Assembly: GCA_965644265.1 (NCBI GenBank)
Contig: OZ286459.1
Coordinates: 118,296,001 to 118,360,000 of the forward strand
Source: Glycera tridactyla
Lineage: Eukaryota
Direction: 5' to 3'
DNA length: 64,000 nt
Part shown: positions 50,661-64,000 of the stretch, one piece after another
Layout of the letters: each line of letters starts with the position of its first letter
How positions within the stretch are numbered: position 1 is the first letter of the stretch
Translations under genes and position numbers: made by a program
Notes under the pieces: generated by a model
Told to the model about the DNA's origin: nothing
The model's database searches: none
The model's input: only the letters and a program-made list of their open reading frames with translations

Positions 50661-53029
50661 CGGGACTCCTGCGAATCTGATAAAAGTGAGGTGATTATAG
50701 GTAATCCGGATGGTAGAGAAACCTGCAGCCACCGTGAACATCCGGAGAGGAAGCCATAAATGCGGTGATCGTGACAAAATATCTGGGTGAAATTGGTTAA
50801 TCAAGTTCCAACTTGTCAAACTCGACTCCTGCATGGTGAGACCAGTCCACCTCATACATGATATATTTCTCGACTGAAATGGAAGGGCTAATATAATGTA
50901 CCTAATATATGAAGTATTTCCGTGAACCCTCAACACCAGGAGAGATCACTGTTCACACATCCTTGCAGAACACCAGAAATACACTCCTCTCCGACATAAA
51001 TCCTGCACATACTCGTTAATTTCTCGATTTATCCATTCTTATCCTGTCATAGCCAATAAGTGACGGAAAGCAGTATTGATGGCTACCTTCCACCCCCACA
51101 TACATGAGGTATTCCCAAGTTCATCCAGGATATGACCACCCACACTGTTGACTCCATCTATGTTCACCCAAAGTCACAGCATAGCGCGATCTTCAGACTA
51201 CAGATTGAAGTCTGTCATATGAGCCGATGATCGACGATGTTGCTGAAAGTAAACGACCTTCTAGAGCTGTTAGCAATGGAGATTCTATATAGAAAGAAAC
51301 ATGATCACCAAGAAGTAAGAGTGGAGCCCCTGATGAGAAAACACTTCTTTCATCCTCTTGCCACACAAGACATGGCGTCGATGCCCTACTTGTTTAACCA
51401 GTGGGACATGGCAACACCTGCTAACATTCCCAGATCTCCGAGCGTGTGAAATGTCTTTCACATTTGATGATATCAGTAGACAAGGGAATTTGACCGCGTC
51501 ATTATCCTCTCCACATATTTCACACGTACAGGAACCTGAATAATCTGCAAAAAGATTGAAGGTAGAGAATTCTAAATCTCATGAGGTGCGACAATAACGA
51601 CATATGTCTCCCTGAACAAATATCAACTACAGATGATTCAGGATATGTGAATGTTTATGACAATGAGATAGACACAATATGGAATAATAAATTTGTGATC
51701 AAAACAAGCTCATAGGTTACTTCACCATTCGCCGCCGATCTTGGATCCGTCAGAACCGGTACATCATGACATTGGAGAAACCATTATTTCGCACCAACGC
51801 AATTTTATTCTGCATCCTATCATAGTATATTGTAGATAATGGTTTGTGCGATGCACATGTGATTGAGTTGTCCCAATGCAGCCTTGATACAATCCACTGG
51901 CCAAACTGCTATTAAATACTTTGATCCTGTATCGATCGGGCGATTATCCAAGCATTTCATGGTTGTAAAGAATAGATGATGAATCTTTATAGACGATTTG
52001 TACGAGGCTCCATCACAGATTGCACGAGTTACTGCTTGTCAAGTGAGGGCATGGATCATATTGTATGAGAAGCACCTCCGTTAATATATGGACAAATTCA
52101 ACCCTGGATGTGTTGATAAACACTGGCAACTAAGAGCACCGCCCCCAATTTTGTGTGTGATCATTGAAACAGACCCAGCGAATAAATGCTCAGTCCATCC
52201 ATCATGTGTATAGTCATGGGAGGGTGAGAAGCTCTGTATTTTTCCGTTTTGATTCTGTAGACAGCACAGTACATGTTCAACTTCACATACAAATAGACTA
52301 CGATGTGCATTCAAGCGAAAATTAGAACATCGCAAGATTCGGAGGTAGCCATGCCTCCCACTTGGGCACCCGACTAAACAGGAAAGGCAAGTCAACAACC
52401 TTGCAAGGTCGAGAGTTTCAGCAGTGTTTGGCGTACCGTGAACCCCCAAACTAGCTGCAAATTCTGCTCTCCTGTGTGCGTGGCGGTTTGTACTTTGTGT
52501 TTATGATTGTCGGGTTTTTTGGGTGAGAGATATTTATTTATGCGAATATGTTTGTGCACGCATGCGCGTTCAGCGCCCGTTATTGACCATCGAGAGATAC
52601 ATGGTTGTTTAATGTGGGAGATAAGCAGACATTCCGATCAGAGAGATTGACATTCTCAGTCTGAGATTATAAACTGGCATGCAGACAGTTCATCTCGAAT
52701 GTTGAATGTGGCAGTAGCTCATCAATATCACCAGTGTACCGGAATCATAGACAAGAATCCGTCCGAAATGTCCTCAGTGCTAATATTGTCTCAGATACGT
52801 ACTGGACATGAGGTCTCCCGTAAACTCAATTCATCATCTAGTCGGACCATATATGTTCTTCCACCGTCATTCCATTTATCTTAGTTCTTTCCATGGCCTC
52901 CATATATATGGCATCCATGTATATAAGAATATATTCCCGATCTATCCCTCATATCCGCCCTTTCCGCCATAGAAATTGTCTGGTGTTTCGTTCATCTCAG
53001 AGATTCATTTTCCACCACCAAAAATGAAT

Positions 53030-53610
53030 AAATGATGTATTTTACATATGATTTATTTATATTCTGTCCCTTTTCGAATAGATTTGTTGATTAATTCCGT
53101 CAGTCAGTCATTCAATTATTCATTCATTCACGTATTTATTGATTTATTCATTCATTTGTTTATGAATTTATGAATTTCTACTGATCTCGTTTGTTTCCTT
53201 TTTATTCATCTACTTTTATCTATTGATCCATTCCCTTTATTTATCTTCTCATCCATCTATATTTTGATCAAATGATTTGTCTTTTATAAATTCATTTTTA
53301 TGGTTATACATAATATATATGTAATTGTTCTTGGTCATCCTTTCATTTCTCATTCATTAGAATATTTGCCCATAGACTACAGCCATCAACAATCATATTT
53401 CTCTATGTATTCATCCGATCACTTACTTGATGATTGATACATTTGACTCGATCGTTTATTCGATCATCGATCTATCCACATATTTATACATTTGATCATT
53501 TTCATAGCTCTTTCCACTCTCTCGTATATGATTATTGATCTCTTACTACACTCATTCATGGTTTCCTCCCTCCATTCCTTCATTCGTTTATTCATCCATG
53601 CACTCAAATA
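53030..53610 (+). repeat. AT-rich degenerate (ATTC/ATTT)n low-complexity region
   Basis: Recurring ttcattcatt/tttatt motifs; ORF-free. Confidence 0.7.
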
Positions 53611-55789
53611 TTTGGTCAGAAGTACTAACTGCCGGTATTTTAGGAACGCGCAGATTTATCATTAGAATATGCCACCAGAGATGATACCAGTGATTTTTTC
53701 GGCATTGGCTCATGGACTATGAATGCAATCGTCACATTATTCACATGAGGGTAGAGAGTGCGTCCACATTTCATACACGGTGATAGATCATGCGTTTGGA
53801 ATCCTCGGATGCAGCAGCCTCGGGCATCACCAACGCCGGCAGACATGAGTTTTTATTTATGCCAACGTCAAGCAGAGGCGATAGTAAGCAATCTATTGGG
53901 CATCACTTGGCAGCCAGAGGAGACAAGTATAATAAGATCAGCTATTGTAAATGATATAAGCTCTATTCATGCACAGGCCTCTGCCATCCAGATTCGGCCA
54001 CATACATTTGACATCAGACAGATAGCTATGTGTGCGCATTATCCCAGCCTGATATATTACCGCTCTATTATCCTCGCTGGCATACCCAGATTCATCGGAG
54101 AATAAGACATTCTTTTGTTTCGTGCATGATATATGGAGCTATATAACACTTTCCGGGGACGATTTACGTCCCTACTTTTGTCTGCCCCTACGCTGTATTT
54201 GAGTCCTGATATCTAGCTGTTTTATACACAAAAGACGACAAACAATTGACCTTCTTCTGCACTGGATGGGTGACCTTCCCAGCGGAAATTGAGACCGTCC
54301 TTTTACTGATAAATCATCACGGGATTCTGTAGTATTCGGCTACATGTCCCAGCGTTTGAGTGGTGTATATGGCATGTGGATGATTGGACAAATTTTTCTT
54401 CAGGTCATAAAAGGGTAACTATGTGAGCTCTAAGGGGTAGATGTGTATTAAACTTAATTCCGTATAAATCCTCACCCAATCCGTGCCGCTCTCGGTCGAC
54501 TTGATAGACTATGAAAACGACCATAGTCATTATTATGCAGGTATTTGTTAAAATATGTACAGTCTAACTTGTCCTTAACAAGAACTTGCCCCAAGAACAA
54601 GGTTTCCGCTCATCCCAATAGAATATTTTTCACCATGATTGGCCTGTCATGAGCATGACCTTGCCATAGGAACAGCTTTTTCACTTTCCTTGTACGAGTT
54701 TTACGGCATTTCCATCGCATACTCAGTCGGTTTCTACAATATTTCAGCAATTCACAGATGATTTTATTGATGGCTTTCCCCTCATCATTTACAACATTGA
54801 AGAGGAATCTTGTTTGTCGGCATGCCCGAGACTCTTCCTTGCGACTGGGCCCATGTAGCTGGTCGGCGAGTGTCTGGGTTTCGAAGTGAAGCAGAATCTA
54901 TTCCAGTCGAAGTCATATTTTCCAGTCTTTCAAACAAACGTTCTGCCTGAGTGCGATGCTTTCCGATGTCTCGGCGCACGCATGGTAACACGATTATGTC
55001 CCGATGTTGCTGGAAATCTCTGTCATATCCAATCGTTCGTTCCCGGATAAACTACTTGAACTACAGCTTCATCACTACTCATGAAAAATAAATGCGAGTC
55101 TTCGAGTCTATCTTTTGTCATAAGAGCAATGCAGTCAAGCACGATGGTTGATAGAATAGCATCTGGTTTTGTTTTCATATAATTTACTTGCAAATCCTCT
55201 CATCATATCCTCTCTTCGAATCTGCTTTCTGCGAAATTGCCATCATCTTATCACTGTCATGGACATTTTATCGATGAAAATGATCTTTGTGGTGACTGTA
55301 TCCAGTCTCATGTGTCAAAACAGTTTCGTCCATTAAGCAAATTGAGAGGATTAGCATTTGGAGCAATTTAATCCACTGATCATCTCGTTTGTGGCGCTGA
55401 TTACCGAAAAATTTTGCCTTTTCAAATAGTGTCATTGCTCATACGGAATAATCCCCTTATCTTTACATGATTAGGGCTTTGTGAGATCAAATGCCGGGAC
55501 CATCAAGTGAGATGAGATTCACTCAACAAGATCTTCATGCATTCTCATTGTTCTACCACTGATGAATTGTGTGTGGGCATTTTTTCTGTGCACACCTTGA
55601 CTGCATAGAGAGTACTTTCAAAGATGTATGAATACAGAAACTACAAGTGATATGCCCCACTTTCAAGTAACCTGGCACAGCTGCCTTGTTCAGGATGCAG
55701 CGTCATCTAGATGCTTGTCTGATAAGAGAGCGTGTCAGTTTTGAGGTAGAGAAGCTTCATTGTGTACATTGGAAACATTGGAAATGCAG

Positions 55790-56009
55790 GTCTTTGAGTG
55801 AGCTGATTGGGCAAATCCTTCAAAATGCATATGACTATACGTTCGCAAACTATTTGATTTAGTCTTGCAAGATGAATTCACTCTGATTGACTGGAAAGTG
55901 CTTTCAAGGATGTATGAAAAAATGTCTTTGAGAGAGCTGATTGAGCAAATCCTCCAGAATGGACCAGACAATACGTTCGCAAACTATTTTACTTAGACTT
56001 GCAAGATGA
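55790..56009 (+). repeat. Tandem duplication, 134-bp period (86-bp core, 12 mismatches by hand alignment)
   Basis: GTCTTTGAG(T/A)GAGCTGATTG...CTTGCAAGATGA at 55790 and 55924; a partial third relic near 55598-55632. Confidence 0.9.
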
Positions 56010-57597
56010 TAAATGGTTATTCCGACAAACATTCCCCTGACTGGCCCCATGACAAGTGAAGTTGAAAATAAACATTGATACAGAGCAAGAGAGGCATGAC
56101 TTGTCGGCGGTAAATGAAAAAAATACCGACCAATCAATCAATCAATCAACTCGAGTAAAACGCTCATGTGATTGTCCATGGATAGTTGGCGATTACACGT
56201 AACTTGTACACACATGTCATCTGAAGAATGCAACTTTAGCGAATGCCCAACAAAGGGTGTTTTTTCATAGTGACTCGTCGTGAAACGTAGATGAATCAAT
56301 GATCCACTCTGTGGAGAAGTCGATCCAGCTCCAGCGCTAAACGTCGGGTCTGTTTGTTTGCTAATAATTCACATTGCATTCTGCAGAATTCCAGTGAACG
56401 TTTGCTCGTTGACTTGAGCTGCATGCATGACCTATTCATCTGTTCTGTTCATCCTGTACTTGAAATGATGATTGGAGTACATCATAGTTACTTGGTCATA
56501 CACTTATGTAAGGTAGGCTAGGATTGAGGTTATCACCAATCCATATATACTCAATGGTTATATCACTTCAGGTAATTCCTGACTATGACGTCACTCTTTG
56601 CAGCACTAGCCTGGGAGAGACATAATGTAGATAGTTCCGATTGGTGCTATCAGGGTGTATATCCCATCGCAGCGGATGTACAATCTCTTAGCTTTTGAAG
56701 TGGACAGTGGCCGTGAAATCACGACGCATTCTCGTCCCTCATTCCACCAAATGTACCAGAAATTTCATGCAAAATGTGACGACAATGATACCATACAGCC
56801 AGCGAGGATTTGTCGCAACTCAGGGTGTTTCATTTCATATGTCTTTAAGTGAACGGCTCCTGGATACGCTACACAGTGCTAAGTTGAAGACCAAACACCA
56901 TGATCTCAGTCTGCGATCAGCGATGTCTTTCCATGATATGAGCAAGAATGGGTGGTAATAGGCTCCTGCAAGCACCAAATAGCATGTTATTCTTCATGTT
57001 TATTGCGTATTTGATGGTAACTAGGTAATCTCTAGCTGAGGTTCTCCACCGAATTTTTAATCGTTACGCCGATAGATTCTGTGCGAACTTCATACTCGTA
57101 TTATAATGTAGCGACGACATGCTCGAGATGAATGGTGAGGAACTGTAATGGTAGAATATTAGGAATGAAGAGGGGAAATTCCAGCAGCGGGCAATATTTG
57201 GCGATCAATGGTCACTTGGCTCCCAGTGCGATGTATATCAGGACAGCTGTCAGCTGGCTACATCAGCTTGCAACATGGCCAGCAGGAAACTGACATAGTC
57301 CATGTTACTACAGTTTGCCATCGATTAATGCCCAATCTTGACACCATCTCTTACCCCTGAAGCGCCAGCTGCATCCATAGCCACGTCACCCAGCAACATT
57401 CTATGTCTCATGAGCGCAAGTACTTTCTCTACTATCTTCTTTTCATCTGGTAAAACTGTTGTACTTTTACCAGACTTTTATCCATGCCTACATGGCTGTC
57501 TGCTTTTGTGTTTCTTCCTGTGATAAGTGTGTGACGTCAGATCTGTCGATTTTCCTACTAATATGCATGTATGCTCAGTCCACATGTATGTTAACCA

Positions 57598-57688
57598 ATG
57601 ATGATGATGATAATAATAATAATGAATAAAAATGATGATGATATTAATAATGATAATAATAATAGTGATGATAATGATACTAATGATA
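57598..57688 (+). repeat. (ATG/ATA)n trinucleotide tract
   Basis: Direct reading. Confidence 0.9.
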
Positions 57689-58657
57689 TATTTGCAATGA
57701 TGTGGCAACGGTGTCCTCTTTCGACCTTGGTAAGACTCGGAATGGTGCCGCAATATATATTCCAGCGATAAATCAAATACTATGGAATTGAACTTGTTTT
57801 CATGTTCATATGGTGGCTATATTTGAACATATTAATTGTAAATGTCACAAAAACCTACCTGTAAATCTTCACCATCCCCAAGAACAAGTGATTGTTCAAT
57901 CATATCAATATGGAGATGACTGGATGGAATATTGAAGGGAGCGATTATATCGGGCATCCACCCTGGTGATGAAATGACATTTCAAAAGCCAGGGAATATT
58001 CTCATCCACAAACAGCATCGCTCCTGTGACGTCGATCATGATTCTCCGAGATTACAGCGTCGACAGAATACCACTTACAGGATTATTCTGCAGGTTTACC
58101 CAAACAAGACAGTATCCTCCAAATGCTTAGTGTTTTGGGTGTAGACATGATATGTGACCGGAGAAATATTGGAAGTAGTTCTTCGGCCATTCATGAAATG
58201 ATACAAGCCACATGTGATTAGTTTTTTGATCATCAAATGCCAGGAATGGTGGGATAATTGACAGCAGGATAATTGGGGAACAAATATTCCATGGTATGAC
58301 GGGCTGCGGTTCGTACAATAGCCACATTCCTGATGTTAGAACTGTACCATGCTTTAGTACTCAACTGAAATATCGGTGTAATTAGGTTACTCGGTCCCTC
58401 ACTATCACTAAGTGAAATACAGTTCGTGGTCATGTCCAATATGTATCCGATTACAAGTTTCTGGACAAGGTACGGACAGATACTCTCACCTCTAGAAGAT
58501 AGTATGACCATATCTGATATCATGGACTATGTAGAGTTTATCACCAGTCTTTTTGAAATTATACTGTGTGATTATGTGTGTACTACTTGGTGGTGGAAGA
58601 TGTGCGTGCTAGCATTTCATCTCGCGAGTCTGTGCGTTCACCCACTCGTCTGCTTTC

Positions 58658-58658
58658 C

Positions 58659-58693
<35 letters not shown>

Positions 58694-58707
58694 TTTTCTG
58701 TCTGTTT
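58658..58707 (+). repeat. (CTGT)n microsatellite
   Basis: Direct reading. Confidence 0.93.
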
Positions 58708-60278
58708 CTTTCTCCATGAGTGACTGCCCCTCCTCCAGTCTCCCCCTCCCCTCTCTCTCCCCCCATCTCGATATTTATCACCCACTTACCCCACGCCTGT
58801 CGGTGTTCCTGTATGCCTGTCTACCTGTCAACAAGTAATGCTTAGCTAGTCAAATAACACTCAGCGACGTCTAAATACCAACTCATCCTCATATCAGTCT
58901 ATATGACTTCAATCTCAAATATCAGCATCTCGGCCTGTGGCATTGTCTGCGACAGCTGCTTTACTCACTCAATGAATCCGAAAAGAGCAGAACTAATGTG
59001 AATTTACGAAACACCTTCTTGCTTGGTATTATATGCGAAGCAAGCTGATATGTAAATCGTCCCCATCTCTCTAATTTCATCCATTCACCATCTAATCCGG
59101 CCATGCAATCTAAATACAGGTAGTCGGATCAACAGATCTGGCTGAGCAATCAGGATGTGCATGTGGGATTAGTGGATTTGCATCAGTAATAGAGATGTAG
59201 CTATGTAGATTAGAAAAAATAACGGCCCAAGGAAATACATCTGCACAGATTAAAACCGTGCTACTTGTTAGAGTGTTACACATAAATCTGGTGAATGATA
59301 AAATATCCTCATTTAGGAGGGGACCAATCACCTATTTCTTTCTTGGAACGTCTGTCGCATAAGGCTCAAACAGTTCCCTTGACTACAGGATCCTCTGCGG
59401 ATTAGTTTCGCAAACCAACCATGAAAGTGTAGATTCAATAGAATTCAATATCCTTTATTCAAACTCGTAGTGAAAAAAAAACATTTGCTCTCGGTTGCTA
59501 TGGTTTTCCTGAAATCATTAGTACTATTTACACCTCAGCCTACACTGCTATGAGGTCTCATATGGCATTACATATCAACTGTATCCTGTTTGTGATGGGA
59601 ATGTTCACAGTCGTATTGAGGAATAGTATTTGCAACTTTTCGAAGCCAAAACACTTCGAAAATATCAAACTATAAGATTTTCACTTGCAGCAAACCCGAT
59701 ATTCGGACATCAGTCACGCCATGGACTATGGATGAAAGTGGTGCTTGGATTGGAGTTTGCTGTGTTATGTATGGATTTTATATTTCAGAAGTATTTCATG
59801 ATTAGAATGAAAAAGTGAATGGGTATAATGACCGCAACCAAGACCACCAAATCTGTGACCCATTCTAATGGAGGAACATCTAGTATATGGAAAGAGTAGA
59901 GATATCATCTTCAGCTTTTTGGAATGAGCCGGTGCCGGAAATACAGGATTAGGGTGGCATTCCATAATCAGAAAAGCCGGTGAGGTTTAATAAGGATGTA
60001 CGGACTCTGTGTATGGCTGATTTCCTCAATACCTTAGAAACAGCTTGCCACGAAGTATATTGATTTTATACTTATATATCTATTCTTGTGAGTTACTAAA
60101 CCTGATATGGAATATGACATGTGGCTATTCCGTGGTCACTTGTTCTGGTACCACTGTTGACCACGTACCATTGCTTTCAGATCCCGGGTAGATACTCACA
60201 GGGTCTTTAACTCAAAGCCGGCGAACACAAAGCTCTCAGATAGTTTACATCCGGATGTGTCTGTATCATTCTAGAATA

Positions 60279-60425
60279 CAAGGAAGCTGTCCTCCCACGT
60301 CTATCAAGGTCACTCATCCAGAGACTAGCTGCAAAAGCAGTTTTATACATCTGGATACCCATTATCAAATCATGATGCTCTCCAAAGAGTGGTGGTGATA
60401 TCTATGGGTTAGGTTGGTTCGACTG
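60279..60425. mobile_element. Decayed pogo/Tigger-like MITE
   Basis: Right end GGTTCGACTG (reverse complement CAGTCGAACC); left TA|CAAGGAAGCTGTC...TCTATCAAGGTCAC resembles the left arm at 45087. Confidence 0.4.
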
Positions 60426-63014
60426 TGTAGACATTTCCTTACAGTTGGCTGCCTCATGAATCAGATATAATCATCAGACGTCCTATCAACATACACCTGT
60501 CATTGCACATGCGAAATGAACCTCGCCGTGATAAGCATCCAATTACTTGAGTAGATGTTGTTCTACTATCACACATCACAATCTAATCTATAATTGGTGA
60601 CTGAGAAGAGCCAAATATGACGGATGACGTCACAGTGACCATATTCGGCACCTATCACGCCCCCCCCCCTCGTCACGCACATACATACATACGTCTAATG
60701 TTCGTGCAATATGCAGATTTTGACCTCTTGAGAACGAGGACTGGACATTATGTTCATGAGACGCAGAATGCTCTTTTCATTCCATCGTAACATCTTCATG
60801 GGGACAGTATTTAGTATCCATAATGACCAACTTTATTTCTATTTCATCCAGTCACATAGCTCAACCATATATTACAGATATTGCTTATACACCAATCAAA
60901 ATACTAAATATTTTTGATTTAATGCATAGAGTAATTCTGCTTCTCATTATACACAAGATTGAATCTTTCAATATTTCCCTTTCTGGGCATGTCACCAATA
61001 TGATAAATTGAATTTGGGGCTGAATAGTGCTTTCAGCGTGTTTGCGTGCTGGCTTCCAGCGTAAATCAGGAAATTGAATGTTGGATTGGAAACGTGTGCT
61101 GAGAGCCAATTTGCATCCCTGTCATCGGCATCTCATAAATCAAAGCATCTCTAATCTCAACACCGGTCCATTAACTCTAATTGAACTGATAGCAGCCATC
61201 ACAGTATTTTGTCCTCTCATCAGACCCCAGGGCTATACAAACAATTGACGTCTCGACAACCAGCCTCCTCGCTTATAGATATCACCTCAGTGATCATTTC
61301 ATGTATGAAGCCTCTGCCTGTATATGTATGTGTGTATCATGTATAAGGAACGTGATCAGTAAATAAATGACACCTTGTGTGTCTGATAATTCGATAGAAA
61401 TCTTGAGTCTTGAGTCCATCCATGCGAATCATATTGGTGTCTCAGTATACAGGTGCTAATTAGATCAGGTGTAACTGTGGTCGATTCGACGCTTGTATGA
61501 TGGAATTCAACTGACCAATCACATCAATCACATATAGTCCACTTGCATGCAGAACAGAACGACGCTGACCCTTACGGTTGAGGTGATTACTGTGATGGTG
61601 CCATGCCTTCCAAGAGGTGATCGTGGAGAAATTGAGGATCATCGTGTTTCTGCCTGTCAGACCCTACGATATGTGTCATTAGTAGTCATAGGTTCGCGCT
61701 ACCTCACAGCTAGCTAGGACCTCAAATTAGCCCAGGCTATCAGAAATATTGATGCAGCCTGATGAAGGCATCTACTGGGAATAAATCAAGATGTTCCCAA
61801 TAGAGGGCCAAACTTAGTTGCTACTCGAAGGGCCGATTTCACGCATACTACCAACGAATCGTGCAGAGCAGTTTACGCAAATCTGCACTGAAATGTTTCA
61901 AGTGCCATGAGCATATAATTCTGAAGAGATAATAGTGCTTGGTGTAGGTACTGTGCCCAAACGTCCACTGTCTATGAACTACGATGTCATATTTTCTATA
62001 GTATTTCATGGGATTTTCACGTTTCTGCCTTCTATCCCTATTCAGATTCCAGTGAAACGTCACCCGAGCCGCCATTGGTGGTCAATCAATATAGAACTAT
62101 TGCTCATAATTGGTATGTCTTGGCTGCAAATGATGGGAGAGTGCCAGAGGCATTATAAACAACTTGTAATGGTTTGATGGCTTGTATTGAGTGCGTTATG
62201 ACGATGTTATCGGTCACGTGGGATGCGTGTAAAGATAAGTCAGCAGTGACGATCTCACGACCTCAATTATCTTACTTAATGAAATTGGCAGCAAAACCTC
62301 CATCCTAATAACATTATTTATTCGTCCTGACTTTCATCAGGAAAGGCACTGGGCTTCGACATGCATCATGATGTAACTATGAGTAACCACCCGATATAAT
62401 CATGTGACTGGCAAGCAGAACAGACTAATTGACTCGGGAATGGCTCCTTTGTACAACATTCGTGCCATCATAGATTACTTGATGATGAAATGTATTGTAT
62501 ACTTGGTATTTATGTGCACTCGTATATAGAAAATGGTCAGCTGTCAACACCACTGCCTTTTATTTGTGTCTGCAATTGCGGTCTTGGATTTCTAGTTTCT
62601 TCGCTGCATTATGTCCTGATGCTTGCATTTGGATAGTGACGCAGTGCTGTCTTTTGAGTGTTGCATCTTCATGCAAAAACAGGAGGCTTGCTTTCGATAG
62701 AGGCCTACCTCCATGATGCATATCTATATACTGTGACTGAAGTAGATAATAACCAGACTGCACATGTCACAAGAACATATCAGTCTGCTGATAGTGTCGT
62801 AGGAGATTATACTGACCAAGTCCTATCGGAAAGTCTCTTCTTGTCGTATAAAAATAGAGCACAAAGCATTTCATGTGAGCTACCTCTATCAATACCACTA
62901 GTATCACTTCCGCTTCCACGTCCACTACTAATATCACCACTACTACTATTTCTACAAATATTTTATAATTAATACTACTACTACTGCAATCACACATACA
63001 ACTTGATGCTACAG

Positions 63015-63112
63015 TGACTGGTGGATACAAGAGTTTTGAAACCACCAATGCGTACAAACCATCATCCTTTGTTATAGGCTTTGATCATCTCTTTAAAATT
63101 GCAAAGATGAAA
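63015..63112 (+). CDS. Candidate internal exon, unknown product
   Basis: Acceptor gatgctacag| (alternative ctttgttatag| at 63077) and perfect donor AAA|gtaagt; single open frame TGGYKSFETTNAYKPSSFVIGFDHLFKIAKMK. Confidence 0.3.
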
Positions 63113-63728
63113 GTAAGTGGGCCTGAAGCTATCGAACATCAGGCGCTAACGATCACAGGTATGGCTGGCGGTATCTCCTGTGATAGCTCACTACAAAGTA
63201 GATCACGTATCTCTGCTTGCCAGATTTCTACGGAATAGACCATAAGCCATCATGACAGTCAGTTGCTGTGTTCTCTCCTGTTAACGCTTACCAGTTTGCT
63301 ACAGATTAGGTCAATATCACAGTGCAACAGCCATATAATCCTCTAAATTCAACACCCTTTCACATTTCCACGGATCAATTTCTCAAGGAATAGTTCGATA
63401 CATGGCTGGGCAAATCCGTGCAAACTAGTGGCGACTTTTTGATGAGGTTATATAGGGCACCCAGCTCAATGTGGAGAAAAATGACCTGATGTCAAACATG
63501 CAATTGTGGTTGTTACAATCTGGTATTACCAGATATACTTTCCTGGTTTCCCTATCTTATAATCACAATATATGGTAGATCTCTTCGAGTCTTAGACTTG
63601 GGAAGTCCAAGACTCGAAGCACACCACAGTATATAGGCAAGTACTCATCCACACCTTGGTGAAGAAACATAAAGTATGAAGATTCATCTCAGTTATTTTC
63701 ATACTATCGAGCCTCGCTTAAGAGAAGA

Positions 63729-63790
63729 GATTTGATTTTAATTGATTTCAACAGTTTATTTGAATTCGTCACTACAATTGGATACATCAA
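63729..63790 (-). mobile_element. Second 3' tail of the LINE family seen at 16817-17370
   Basis: GATTT-type tail plus TTTATTTGAATTCGTCACTACAATTGGATAC, matching 16846-16876 at 24/31 positions. Confidence 0.5.
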
Positions 63791-64000
63791 GCATACATCT
63801 ACAGGGTGACGAACATGAACATGGAATCACAGTGAAATATGAATCAATGGGATGGATATGGTATATACACTGGGTATCGATGAGATGAGATGAAAGATTA
63901 TGAATGATGGATGATTACCCAGCAGTTCATGGTAAAATGTACTCAAGTTTTTCTCTAACAGATTAAGTAGATAATGCATGGTGGCACCAGAATGCATGCA

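Noticed and set aside
53880-54105. NLLGITWQP (BEL/Pao-like) and IRPHTFDIRQIA (tyrosine-recombinase-like) motifs
   Set aside because: Adjacent diagnostic motifs are absent; the resemblance is too weak.
6976-57182. NF-kB consensus sites at 6976, 40268 and 57173
   Set aside because: A few matches to a degenerate 10-mer are expected by chance in this much sequence; they are not clustered.
40514-60640. Perfect CRE palindromes (TGACGTCA) near 40514, 56586, 57534 and 60633, and a GTCACGTGAC E-box near 16357
   Set aside because: Short motifs, not tied to any demonstrable promoter.
63076-63112. GFDHLFKI resembling the Rab GTPase N-terminus (YDHLFK)
   Set aside because: The P-loop (GDSGVGKS) does not follow, and there are no other Rab motifs nearby.

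Overview
This is eukaryotic (animal) genomic DNA from a gapped scaffold. It has seven N-gaps, several abutting microsatellites. An invertebrate origin, possibly molluscan, is an inference from the repeat types only. I found no prokaryotic operons, CRISPR arrays, rRNA or complete tRNA genes, and no long intact ORF. Most entries in the ORF track are N-runs, microsatellite translations or short chance ORFs. Well supported: many micro- and minisatellites; four decayed non-LTR retrotransposon fragments (CR1/L2-like RT motifs at about 10.3-10.9, 16.8-17.4, 24.9-25.4 and 34.9-35.4 kb); a small Tc1/mariner (pogo/Tigger-like) MITE family; and a short dispersed repeat with conserved ends (29.6, 30.2, 34.3 kb). 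Several splice-bounded open segments could be exons of host genes, but I could not assign any to a known family. The best candidate for something new is a plus-strand exon at 25849-26110 encoding a signal-peptide-like, Cys-containing precursor with a KR site. I did not find a demonstrable novel multi-gene system.
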